This document shows, piece after piece, positions 49,731-59,043 of a stretch of 64,000 nt of DNA. The translations under genes and the position numbers were made by a program. This DNA is from an uncultured Aureispira sp. (GTDB lineage: Bacteria; Bacteroidota; Bacteroidia; Chitinophagales; Saprospiraceae): NCBI GenBank assembly GCA_905480075.1, contig CAJQOX010000088.1:7675-71674 (forward strand). The letters run 5' to 3'. Every line of letters starts with the position of its first letter. Positions within the stretch are counted from its first letter, which is position 1. The notes beneath the pieces are model-generated. The model did no database searches, was not told the DNA's origin, and saw only the letters and a program-made list of their open reading frames with translations.

Positions 49731-50084
49731 CTATTTTGCTCTGTTGAGAACGTGAATTTCTGTGGCTTGTTTTGTCGGGTTCAACATGTCCCGCATTTCT
49801 ATGTTCAGAATATCACCGGTTAAACTTTTAATGGTAACATTTGATAAAAACACTTTTCCCCCTGAAGTGAATTCAAGTGTATTTCCAATAGAAACAGCTC
49901 TGAATTTTGTTTCTCCGGGCCATTTGTTCCCATTCATTATTACTTCACAGGAGCCATCTTCATTGAAGGTAAAGCCCAGTTTTTCACTCTCCCATTTACC
50001 ATATAATTCTTCAATCTTGTAATTAGGTTCAAAGCAACTGAAACAAAAGATTGCTGTAGCAGCTAAAAGAAATATAATTCGCAT
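49731..50084 (-). CDS. Small hypothetical lipoprotein (lipocalin-like size)
   Basis: The ATG at 50084 gives MRIIFLLAATAIFCFSC with a lipobox. No family recognised. Confidence 0.45.
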   Translation of the reverse strand: MRIIFLLAATAIFCFSCFEPNYKIEELYGKWESEKLGFTFNEDGSCEVIMNGNKWPGETKFRAVSIGNTLEFTSGGKVFLSNVTIKSLTGDILNIEMRDMLNPTKQATEIHVLNRAK

Positions 50085-50446
50085 AGTTTTGAAAATTTTG
50101 TTCTTTAATATTTGCAATTAAGGTTTTAAGGATAGTGAGCTTATTTTATACAAATCTAAAAAATTATATTACTTTCTTTCACCTTAGGTGCAATTCTTTC
50201 TGATAGAGCATGTTTTTTTTTCATTAAGGGGGCTCTCTTTCTCTGTTTTTAGAAAAAGGAAATAAAAAAAACTAAGAAAAATAGATTTGTTTGCTTGATT
50301 CTTTTTAATAAAGAATTATTATCCTTATTTTTGTTTTCCCTTTGTAATTTTAATTTTGGCAAATCAGTGTTTTTGCATAAATTGGTCTTGTATAAGTTTT
50401 ACACCCTTTTTATTCAAAACAACGGTTAAAACACACTTTATTTATT

Positions 50447-52717
50447 ATGAGCTATTTGAACGAACTTAATGAGGTTCAACGTCAGGCAGTAACACATATT
50501 GATGGCCCTGCTTTGATTATTGCAGGACCCGGTTCCGGTAAGACACGGGTACTCACTTATCGAATAGCTCATTTGATTGATTCAGGTATTGCACCTTGGT
50601 CTGTTCTTACGCTCACCTTTACCAATAAGGCAGCTAAGGAAATGAAAGAAAGGATTGCCAATGTTGCCGGAAAAAATGCCGGAAAAATATGGGCGGGAAC
50701 ATTTCATTCTGTTTTTGCACGTATTCTAAGGGTTGAGGCTTCTAAGATCGGATATCCTTCTGATTTTACTATTTATGATAGCAAAGATACTAAAAGTGCT
50801 ATTACTGAATTGGTGAAAGCGCATGGTCTTGATCCTAAACTGTACAATGCTTCTGCTGTATATAACCGGATTTCCCTCGCAAAGAATAGTCTGATTTCTC
50901 CAAAGGCTTATTTTGAAGATGTAAACAGGTTGTTGGAAGATAAGCAGAATAAAATGCCTTACATTTACAAAATCTATGAATTGTATGTAGGCAAATGTAA
51001 ACGTTCTGCTGCTATGGATTTCGATGATTTATTGTATCAGATGTACCAACTCTTGGAAAATAACCCTGATGTTCTTTCTAAATACAGAGAAAAATTTAAA
51101 TACATATTAGTAGATGAGTTTCAGGATACCAATCTTTTGCAGTATTCTATTATTAAAAAACTGGTAAGCTACGATGGTAGCAGTAATAATATCTGTGTGG
51201 TTGGAGACGATGCTCAAAGTATTTATGCCTTCAGAGGAGCTACTATTCAGAATATCCTTAATTTTGAAAAAGACTTTCCCGGCATTGAAGTGTTTAAACT
51301 TGAGCAGAACTACCGGTCTACCAATTATATCATTCAGGCGGCTAATGATATTATCGCAAAAAATAGTAAACAAATCAAAAAAACTATTTTTACGGATAAA
51401 AAAGAGGGGGAACTCATAAGAGTAATTAATGCTATTACTGATACAGAAGAGGCAAGACAGGTGGTGAATATGATCGTGGAACAAAAAAACCGCTACCATA
51501 TTTCTAATGATGACATCGCTATATTGTATCGTACGAATGCTCAGTCAAGGGTGTTTGAAGAGGCACTGAAAAGTAAAAGAATTCCCTATAAAATTTACGG
51601 GGGCACTTCGTTTTATGACAGAAAAGAGGTGAAAGACGTTTTGGGCTACCTCAGAGCAGTTGTTAACCCTAAAGACGAGGAAGCACTGAAACGAATTCTG
51701 AATTATCCTACGAGGGGTATCGGCCCGACTTCAATATCTAAATTGTTGAAAATTGCTACCGAAGAAAAATTATCACTTTGGACTATCTGCGAAAATGTTC
51801 ATCATGCTTCTTTACCCAAAAGAACGGAGAATGCTATCAAACAGTTTGTGCAAATGATAAAATTGTTTCAGAAACGTATTGCTAATTCTACAGCATACGA
51901 GCTGGCAAAATATATTGTCAAAATGACTGAAATTATTCTGGACCTTAAAAAACCCAGAACGATTGAAGCACAAAACAGAGTCGAAAATGTTACTGAACTT
52001 TTAGATGGAATTAAATCCTTCGTTGAAGATGATGAAGTGGATGAATTCAGTACGAATATAGAGGATAAAAGCTTGCAAAGCTATCTGCAGAATGTAGTCT
52101 TACTAACTGATCTCGATAAAGATTTGGAAGAAGAAACGCGTGTTAAATTGATGTCAGTTCACTCTTCCAAGGGGCTTGAGTTTAAATCTGTTTTCATTGT
52201 CGGGGTCGAAGAAAATTTATTTCCTTCAATGATGGCGCTGAAATCAAAAGATATTAATGCTGCAGTAGATGAAGAAAGAAGGTTGTTTTATGTCGCTGTT
52301 ACCAGAGCGGAGCAGTTTTTAACGCTATCTTATTCTACGAGCAGGTATCGTTTTGGAAATATGACTTATAACACTTCCAGCAGATTCCTTGAAGAAATAT
52401 CTTCCAAATATCTTGATTTATCTACTCAAAATAAGACTGCTAAGGTTTCGCAAACATATAATAAGAAAAACACGATGGACAAGCTCAGCACAATGAGTAA
52501 GCCCTACGTGAAAGCCAAAATGATGGCAAACTTTAAAGCAAGTCCTATCTCTATGGCCTCCGTTGGTTGTGAAATTCTGCATCAACGATTTGGTAATGGA
52601 AAAATTATTTCTATTGACGGGGATGGAAGTAATAAAGTGGCTACTATCTTCTTTGAAGATGAAGTAGGAGAGAAGCGCATTATGCTGAAATTTGCCAAAA
52701 TACAGGTGCTCGAGTAA
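50447..52717 (+). CDS. uvrD: ATP-dependent DNA helicase, UvrD/PcrA/Rep family
   Basis: Walker A AGPGSGKT, DEFQDTN, QNYRS, VHSSKGLEF and YVAVTRA helicase superfamily 1 motifs. Confidence 0.9.
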   Translation: MSYLNELNEVQRQAVTHIDGPALIIAGPGSGKTRVLTYRIAHLIDSGIAPWSVLTLTFTNKAAKEMKERIANVAGKNAGKIWAGTFHSVFARILRVEASKIGYPSDFTIYDSKDTKSAITELVKAHGLDPKLYNASAVYNRISLAKNSLISPKAYFEDVNRLLEDKQNKMPYIYKIYELYVGKCKRSAAMDFDDLLYQMYQLLENNPDVLSKYREKFKYILVDEFQDTNLLQYSIIKKLVSYDGSSNNICVVGDDAQSIYAFRGATIQNILNFEKDFPGIEVFKLEQNYRSTNYIIQAANDIIAKNSKQIKKTIFTDKKEGELIRVINAITDTEEARQVVNMIVEQKNRYHISNDDIAILYRTNAQSRVFEEALKSKRIPYKIYGGTSFYDRKEVKDVLGYLRAVVNPKDEEALKRILNYPTRGIGPTSISKLLKIATEEKLSLWTICENVHHASLPKRTENAIKQFVQMIKLFQKRIANSTAYELAKYIVKMTEIILDLKKPRTIEAQNRVENVTELLDGIKSFVEDDEVDEFSTNIEDKSLQSYLQNVVLLTDLDKDLEEETRVKLMSVHSSKGLEFKSVFIVGVEENLFPSMMALKSKDINAAVDEERRLFYVAVTRAEQFLTLSYSTSRYRFGNMTYNTSSRFLEEISSKYLDLSTQNKTAKVSQTYNKKNTMDKLSTMSKPYVKAKMMANFKASPISMASVGCEILHQRFGNGKIISIDGDGSNKVATIFFEDEVGEKRIMLKFAKIQVLE

Positions 52718-52806
52718 TTTTTACTTCCCCTTCTCCTTTTAGTATCAGAGGCTTTTTTTTTGTTAATAGTCTTTATGATGATGCGGCCGAATGATAGTCA
52801 CATTGG

Positions 52807-53451
52807 TTATTTTTGTGAACCCTTTGTAGCGAGCCTCTCAGCCAGCCTTTCTGTCATCATGGTTTGCCAGGAGGTTTTTAATTCCTTGTCCTTGTCAAAT
52901 AGCTGATTAAGGTTATCCCGGTCCCAGCACAATAAGTTACATTCTACTGCAGCTTCTATAGTTGTTCTTGATGGGGTGCGCGTTATGAAATTAACAGCCC
53001 CGATTAAATGTCCAGCCCCGGGATTGTCTTCTTTTTTTTCTTCGCTTAAGCGCCCCTCTATAAGTAATGAAATATGCTCGGGAGAGCTGTTTTTCTCAAT
53101 AATACAGCCCCCGGCCTCCACTCGTAACTCCCGGGCAGATTTTATCAATTTAGAAAATTGCTTTATGGTGAAATTATGAAAGCCTTTCTGATAAATTTCC
53201 TGCTCAAAGCGCGAAAGTACTATAGGTTTTCTTTCGTTAAACAAATGGATCAATTGAAAAATGTTCACCCCGCTGAAAATTAAACTCCAGAATATCTGAT
53301 CCGTCATCGGACCATTTACTACAAAAAAATAAAAAGGAAGTAGTGTGAATCCGGCAACTAGAGTTAGTATCCTCAGTAGGAATATGTCTCTGACCAAATA
53401 GGATGTTAAGAATAACACATTGGCAATATGAACAAATATCTGTACGCCCAT
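52807..53451 (-). CDS. Membrane protein with three N-terminal TM segments and a C-terminal cyclic-nucleotide-binding-like domain
   Basis: Three hydrophobic helices in the first ~75 aa. The C-terminal region has a phosphate-binding-cassette-like stretch (IGAVNFITRTPSRTTIEA). The start codon overlaps the upstream stop (TAATG). Confidence 0.5.
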   Translation of the reverse strand: MGVQIFVHIANVLFLTSYLVRDIFLLRILTLVAGFTLLPFYFFVVNGPMTDQIFWSLIFSGVNIFQLIHLFNERKPIVLSRFEQEIYQKGFHNFTIKQFSKLIKSARELRVEAGGCIIEKNSSPEHISLLIEGRLSEEKKEDNPGAGHLIGAVNFITRTPSRTTIEAAVECNLLCWDRDNLNQLFDKDKELKTSWQTMMTERLAERLATKGSQK

Positions 53452-54035
53452 TATATTTTGTCTTTATTACGTTTACCAATGAATTTGTAGATAGTATCCA
53501 TTATCTCTGTAGGGTCCGAATGATTGGCAACAGTCTTGTTCTGATAGTAAAATTCTACTGCACCTGCTTCGTCAATTAGCATGGTTCCTCCCATTTGCCC
53601 GTGATCGCCCTGATTTTTGTTGGACAACCCTTTAGAAAGTGCAATTATTCTTTCATACCAGGTGGTTGGCCCGAAGGCAATCATAAAACTTCTTGTTAAT
53701 CCTGCCTGTGTGTATACGTTCAGGCTAGGGTCTGTATAAATTTCAACAGGTAGGTTGTATAATTGAAATCGTTCCTTGAAACCTTCTATATATCTTACTT
53801 CACCATTTCCTATAATCGCAATCCTGATCCCGAGCTTTGATATTTCATTAATTCTTGGGGAAATTGCCTTCATCTGTGTAGCACATCCAAAACAACCAAA
53901 ATGCCTTACAAAAACAAAGAGGACAGGCCCACTTTGCCAAAAAATTCCCATATTTATTTTTTCTCCGCTTTCATTCAGAATCTGAGCATCTGTAAATGAA
54001 TCGGGTACTTTTTTCCCTAATGTCAGTGTATCCAT
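53451..54035 (-). CDS. Peroxiredoxin-like (AhpC/TSA, PRX_like2 / SelL-related) thiol oxidoreductase
   Basis: Thioredoxin-fold size, with the redox motif FVRHFGCFGC (CxxC) at the expected position. Confidence 0.62.
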   Translation of the reverse strand: MDTLTLGKKVPDSFTDAQILNESGEKINMGIFWQSGPVLFVFVRHFGCFGCATQMKAISPRINEISKLGIRIAIIGNGEVRYIEGFKERFQLYNLPVEIYTDPSLNVYTQAGLTRSFMIAFGPTTWYERIIALSKGLSNKNQGDHGQMGGTMLIDEAGAVEFYYQNKTVANHSDPTEIMDTIYKFIGKRNKDKI

Positions 54036-54309
54036 TTGTTTGAAGTTTCTTTTGTATTAGCTTCAAGATAAGCCCTATTCGGCACTCCTCCAAGAGTTAT
54101 TATGTTCTATTGGTATATTCCAGCAGATATATTTTTTCAGATAAAATTATTTTGGCTGAAACTCAGGGATAAATACCTATAAATCAACAATAAATCTATT
54201 GGATTGTTTTATAAGCACCAATTTTTTTATTATTTTTAAGTAAAAAAGTAGGGGAGTTGTTTTTTTAAACGGTTTATTGATGAAAATGATTTACTAAAAT
54301 AAAATTATA

Positions 54310-54942
54310 ATGAAAATGAAGATTAATATTTTAAGCCTTTTGGTACTGTGTTCAATTTTTGCTTTCTCCTGCAAAAAAGCTTGTGACAAAGATAAATTTT
54401 GTGACATAAAAGATTGTTTTGTTTGTGACGATAAAATGTATGGAGATAAAGATAAAGACGATTACTGTCTGTGGGATGAATTGGGGAATAAAATTGAATA
54501 TTCCGCTATTTCTGAAGATGCCCATGGTAAATATTTTACTGATGATCAAGGTAATAACTTGTTTTTTGGTTCTGATGCAAACGGAGATTACTATACCGAT
54601 CTGAATGGAGATAAGATTTATCTAAAAGGAAAAGGAACCTATCATAAAGATGTAGAGAAGTATATTCTGTCTCCATTGATTGTAGATGATGAATGTGGAT
54701 ATATTGTCAAGGGTAAAATCAAATATGTTGTCAATGGCCAAACATCCTCAATTGTAGATTATGGTGACGGGACAATTGATGCCTGGGCAGTAAAGACTAT
54801 CTATTTGAAAAAAGACTATAAAAAGCATGGTTCAAAAGGCTGGGACAAAGACTGTACCTATACTAAATGCTGTAAGTTTGAACAAAAATGCAAAGAAGAA
54901 GTTACTGATAGCGCTGAAGAAGATGTAGAAATCTCCTATTAA
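54310..54942 (+). CDS. Cys-rich, Asp/Lys-rich hypothetical lipoprotein
   Basis: Lipobox FSC, an N-terminal cluster of cysteines (CKKACDKDKFCDIKDCFVCDD), repeated D-x-N/D-G-D-Y-Y-like motifs and a second Cys cluster near the C-terminus. Confidence 0.5.
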   Translation: MKMKINILSLLVLCSIFAFSCKKACDKDKFCDIKDCFVCDDKMYGDKDKDDYCLWDELGNKIEYSAISEDAHGKYFTDDQGNNLFFGSDANGDYYTDLNGDKIYLKGKGTYHKDVEKYILSPLIVDDECGYIVKGKIKYVVNGQTSSIVDYGDGTIDAWAVKTIYLKKDYKKHGSKGWDKDCTYTKCCKFEQKCKEEVTDSAEEDVEISY

Positions 54943-54949
54943 TATTATT

Positions 54950-54982
54950 GCAGTTCTTCCATCTCCGGAAGGACTGCTTTTT
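54950..54982 (+). terminator. Rho-independent terminator between the lipoprotein gene and the ECF sigma gene
   Basis: GCAGTTCTTCC (54950-54960) pairs with GGAAGGACTGC (54967-54977) with one G-U pair, then T5. It starts 8 nt after the stop codon. Confidence 0.7.
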
Positions 54983-54997
54983 AATCTTTCTTCAGGT

Positions 54998-55489
54998 TTG
55001 AATAAACAGGAATTTAAATGCTGTTTCGATGATTATTTTGATGCAATCAGAAATTATTTGTATTACCGTTCAGGTGATGCGGAGCTTTCCTCTGATATTG
55101 CACAGGATGTGTTTATGAAACTATGGGAAAAACAAATCCCCTTTGAAAATGGAAGAACCAAAAGTCTTCTTTATAAAATGGCAGCAGATTCTTTTGTCTC
55201 CCATATCAGAAAATCAGAAATTAAAAGCAGGCATATGCATTCCGTCATGTTGTCGTTTGATTTGGAAAATGAAGGAAATGATTCAAAACTTGCTGAACGT
55301 AAGAAGTATTATGAGGAAGCTTTAAATGTACTGCCTGAAAAGCAACGCACCGCTTTTCTTATGAATAAAATAGAGGGACTCACTCATAAAGAGATTGCAA
55401 GCCGCCTGGACCTATCTGTAAAAGCTATTGAAAAACGAATCTCTAAAGCCTTTGCTTCTCTCAGAAAATATGTAAAATTATTAAAATGA
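54998..55489 (+). CDS. ECF-type RNA polymerase sigma-70 factor
   Basis: Region 2 (DIAQDVFMKLWEK) and region 4 (LPEKQRTAFLMNKIEGLTHKEIASRLDLSVKAIEKRISKA). It has a TTG start, and its stop overlaps the next gene (ATGA). Confidence 0.82.
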   Translation: MNKQEFKCCFDDYFDAIRNYLYYRSGDAELSSDIAQDVFMKLWEKQIPFENGRTKSLLYKMAADSFVSHIRKSEIKSRHMHSVMLSFDLENEGNDSKLAERKKYYEEALNVLPEKQRTAFLMNKIEGLTHKEIASRLDLSVKAIEKRISKAFASLRKYVKLLK

Positions 55490-56334
55490 TACCGGATGAT
55501 TTAAATATACACAAAGATGATACCCCGGAAGAGTTTAAGATCTTCGAAAAGATGAAAGTGGCCTATGATAAAGACAAATCCCAGGTTTGGGAGGAACTGA
55601 ATGAACAGATTGCCTCTCCCCTTAAGACATATTGGTTTTTACCATTCAAATTACTTGTAGCTGCTTCCCTGTTAATTTTTTTCACTGTCGCTTTGTTTTG
55701 CAATTTTTATACTGAAGAAATTTTCTGTGAAAAAGGGGGCTACATCAACTTTGACCTTCCCGATGGTTCTGTAGTGACTTTAAATTCTGACAGCAGGGTT
55801 TCCTATGCCCCTTATTGGTGGTACGTCAACCGTTCAGTAGTATTGGACGGTGAAGCATTTTTTGAAGTTCAAAAAGGCAGCAAATTCACGGTAGTTTCTA
55901 CACGGGGAACTACCGCTGTGTTGGGAACAAGCTTTAATGTAAGGGCAAGAGAAGAAATATATGAAGTCACCTGTCTTACCGGTAAGGTGAAAGTCAGTTC
56001 GATGACGACAGAAAAAGATATCGTTCTTATTGCTAATGAAAAGGCTGTGCTCAAAGAAAAAAATCTGCTTAAGATTGTCAAAGTGAATGTGGAGTCTGAA
56101 ACAGCATGGAAGAACCTGCAGTTTTATTTCGATTCAGCCCCATTGGATTTTGTAATCGATGAAATGGAGAGGCAATATGATGTTACGATTCAGTGCGACA
56201 TTAAATTAAGCTATTCAGGTTCATTCTCCAAAGACATTGACCTTGAAGATGCTTTGAATTTGATTTGTTTGCCATTTAATCTTAGTTTTGTTAAAGCTAC
56301 CAAAAAGAATTATAAAATTGTAGATAATAATTAG
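55486..56334 (+). CDS. FecR family anti-sigma factor
   Basis: A cytoplasmic N-terminus, a single TM segment and FecR blocks (VTLNSDSRVSY, VLDGEAFFEV, AVLGTSFNV). Confidence 0.8.
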   Translation: MIPDDLNIHKDDTPEEFKIFEKMKVAYDKDKSQVWEELNEQIASPLKTYWFLPFKLLVAASLLIFFTVALFCNFYTEEIFCEKGGYINFDLPDGSVVTLNSDSRVSYAPYWWYVNRSVVLDGEAFFEVQKGSKFTVVSTRGTTAVLGTSFNVRAREEIYEVTCLTGKVKVSSMTTEKDIVLIANEKAVLKEKNLLKIVKVNVESETAWKNLQFYFDSAPLDFVIDEMERQYDVTIQCDIKLSYSGSFSKDIDLEDALNLICLPFNLSFVKATKKNYKIVDNN

Positions 56335-58805
56335 TGAGGATTCACGATTGCTTTAGTAAGGTATTTAATACGTTTTTTCTTTTGTTTTTCTGTATTTGCA
56401 TAATGCACTCACAGTCTTTCAGACTGCCCGGGAAAGTCTTTAGCCTCCATGATGCACTTATTTTTTTAAATAAAAACTATAAACTGGAATTTTCCTGTAA
56501 TAGTAAATTGTCAGCTTCCTGTACGGTTGACAATACTTTAAATTATAGCAGTATTGAGGAAGCACTGAATTCATGGACAGAAGATTGTGAACTCAGATAT
56601 AAAATCATAAATAAGGTTTTTGTATTTTATAAATCTAAAATTAATAAAGAATCAGGTGGCCTCAAAAAAACACCTGTAATCTATCATGTTAAAGGAAAAG
56701 TTATTGATGCCATAAGTAAAGAACCTCTGCCGTTTTCTTCTGTTTCTATTGGGATTTCTCAGATTCTTACTGACGAAAATGGCTTTTTTTATTATCAAAC
56801 TAAAGATAGTGTTGTTGTATTTAGTGTTTCACATGTCGGCTATTATGATTATTCAGATAGTATTAATGGAAATGATGAAATTAATATCGGACTTATTCCT
56901 TCTATAACTAAATTGAAAACAATAACTGTAAATTCAGGTCCTGGAATTAATATAATTAACCTTTTGGAAAAACCAGGAGTTGAAAAAATAAACCTTCCGT
57001 TCTCTACCCTGATTCCTTCAAATACGAATAATAGTGTTTTTGCAGCATTGAGACTCAGGCCCGGCGTAATGGCAGCAGGAGAACAAAGTCGCGATTTTAT
57101 TGTATGGGGTTCTTATAAAGGGCAATCCCATATATATTTTGATGGTATAACGGTGTTCAGCAGCAGCAGTATTAATGAAAATATTGGGACTGTGAATCCA
57201 TTAATGGTCAGGGATGTTGAAATTCATAAAGGTGGTTATCAGGTTAATCTGGGTGACAGGGCAGGGGCTGTCGTTAATATTGTCAGTAAATCAGGGAACC
57301 CTGAAAAAATTGAAACGGACCTCAGTATCTGTAACCAATCAGTCAGTGGTCGGTTGAATATTCCGATCAATAAAAAATCGGCAGTTCAATTTAGCCTGAG
57401 GTCCACCTTTCCCGATGTCTTTAACCCCTCAACATATAATAAGGATACTTTGATGACTCACTATTTCGGCGACCTGAATCTTAAATATGAGTTGCCTATG
57501 AAAAATGGAGACAACCTAAGTGTCAGCCTGATTGCTAATATAGATGATTTTGCTACAAAATCCGGTGAAAAAAATGGTTTTAAAGAGTATTTCAGCAGCA
57601 GAGAACAAAACAGGTATCAGCTTGGAGGCTCTGTACGATTTAGTAAAAAGTGGAAAAAAGCTGGCAAAACTAATTTTTTTACTGCATTTTCTCACCTTAA
57701 TACAGATCGGAATAACCTGATTGCCTTTGATGACATACAGGTTTTATCAGAAAAATTTCTGGAAACTTATACTACCTCGAATGCAGTGTCAGAATATTAT
57801 TTCAGGACGGAACAACACCTGCCTGCAAGTAAGTTTCAGGAGGTTTCATTCGGCCTTGGAACAGTTTTTAACCAAGCTCATTTTTCCCGGGATACTGCCG
57901 GTGTGAATTATAAAAACACAGTTAATTCGGCATGTAGAATCACTTCTTTTTTGATGGATAATTTTAATATTACCAAATACCTGAGTCTGCAGCCGGGTAT
58001 TCAGGCTGACCTTTTCTTTGGAGAAACAGTTTCTCCTTATTGGCAACCAAGAATTAATGCTGTTTTTAAACCCTTGAAAAATCTGAAAATAAAACTCGCA
58101 TGGGGTATATATAATCAATATATAGTTGAATACGCCTTTGTGGATGATTTGAATAACCGTTTTTTTTTCTGGGATATCCCTGATAATGTAGAGAAAAAGC
58201 CATTGCAAAGTATGCATTATCTGCTTTCCCTTTCCTATGGGCAACAATATTTCAATTTTAAATTGGAAGGGTTTTATAAAACTATTGCAAATCTTACTCA
58301 GTTTGTTCAGGTCGATCAAATGAAAGAAGTAAGTATTCAATCGGGTGAAGCAAGAAGCTATGGGGTGGATTTTTATCTAAACACTGAATTTAAAGGGCAG
58401 AAAATTTGGCTTACTTATTCACTGGCTAAAACGGAGGAAAGATTTGATAAAAATTCGTCCTACCACCGGGCTTTACACGATCAGAGACACGAGTTTAAAG
58501 TAGCAGGCTTGTTTCGGTTTAAACCTGTATTCTTTTCCGTGAATTATGTTTTTGGCAGCGGGCTTCCCGACCCTCAGGATCTTTCTTCTGATAATAATAT
58601 CCGAACCTACAATAGGTTGGATGTGGCATTAATGGGCAGACATGAAACGGAAAAAATAAAAATAGATGCAGGATTTTCTCTTGTTAATGTTCTTAATACC
58701 CAAAATGTGCGATATGATAATTTTTCTAATTTTCCGGATGGCACTACTAGGTTTGCTGAAAGTTATGGCATCACACCCTCCGTTTTTGTGAATATCTCTT
58801 TTTGA
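56334..58805 (+). CDS. TonB-dependent receptor with N-terminal STN signalling and carboxypeptidase-regulatory-like domains
   Basis: Signal peptide, an STN-like segment (LHDALIFLNKNYKLEF...RYKIINKVFVFY), VKGKVIDAISKEPLPFSSVSI, a plug, a long barrel and a terminal F. It has a GTG start that overlaps the fecR stop by 1 nt. Confidence 0.8.
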   Translation: MRIHDCFSKVFNTFFLLFFCICIMHSQSFRLPGKVFSLHDALIFLNKNYKLEFSCNSKLSASCTVDNTLNYSSIEEALNSWTEDCELRYKIINKVFVFYKSKINKESGGLKKTPVIYHVKGKVIDAISKEPLPFSSVSIGISQILTDENGFFYYQTKDSVVVFSVSHVGYYDYSDSINGNDEINIGLIPSITKLKTITVNSGPGINIINLLEKPGVEKINLPFSTLIPSNTNNSVFAALRLRPGVMAAGEQSRDFIVWGSYKGQSHIYFDGITVFSSSSINENIGTVNPLMVRDVEIHKGGYQVNLGDRAGAVVNIVSKSGNPEKIETDLSICNQSVSGRLNIPINKKSAVQFSLRSTFPDVFNPSTYNKDTLMTHYFGDLNLKYELPMKNGDNLSVSLIANIDDFATKSGEKNGFKEYFSSREQNRYQLGGSVRFSKKWKKAGKTNFFTAFSHLNTDRNNLIAFDDIQVLSEKFLETYTTSNAVSEYYFRTEQHLPASKFQEVSFGLGTVFNQAHFSRDTAGVNYKNTVNSACRITSFLMDNFNITKYLSLQPGIQADLFFGETVSPYWQPRINAVFKPLKNLKIKLAWGIYNQYIVEYAFVDDLNNRFFFWDIPDNVEKKPLQSMHYLLSLSYGQQYFNFKLEGFYKTIANLTQFVQVDQMKEVSIQSGEARSYGVDFYLNTEFKGQKIWLTYSLAKTEERFDKNSSYHRALHDQRHEFKVAGLFRFKPVFFSVNYVFGSGLPDPQDLSSDNNIRTYNRLDVALMGRHETEKIKIDAGFSLVNVLNTQNVRYDNFSNFPDGTTRFAESYGITPSVFVNISF

Positions 58806-58993
58806 AATTTATTCCCGCCATACAGAATAGAACAGAACCTGAGTGGGTTACATTTATTAATAATTTTATTTTTTTGTTCTTAATCAATACAGTATTTGCA
58901 TATAATTTCCGTTCTTTGTGAATATTTTATGAAATTAGCAGACTTTTTAATAAATAATCAGCTTGTAACGAACATTTTAATCACAAAATGTGT

Positions 58994-59001
58994 TACTTTT
59001 G
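58994..59001 (+). promoter_or_regulatory. Candidate -7 promoter box (TACTTTTG) upstream of iscS
   Basis: Exact TAnnTTTG match 43 nt upstream of the iscS ATG. No well-spaced -33 TTG was seen. Confidence 0.3.
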
Positions 59002-59043
59002 TAGTAGATTAGATTTAATCTAAATATAAAACTAAATAAGAAA

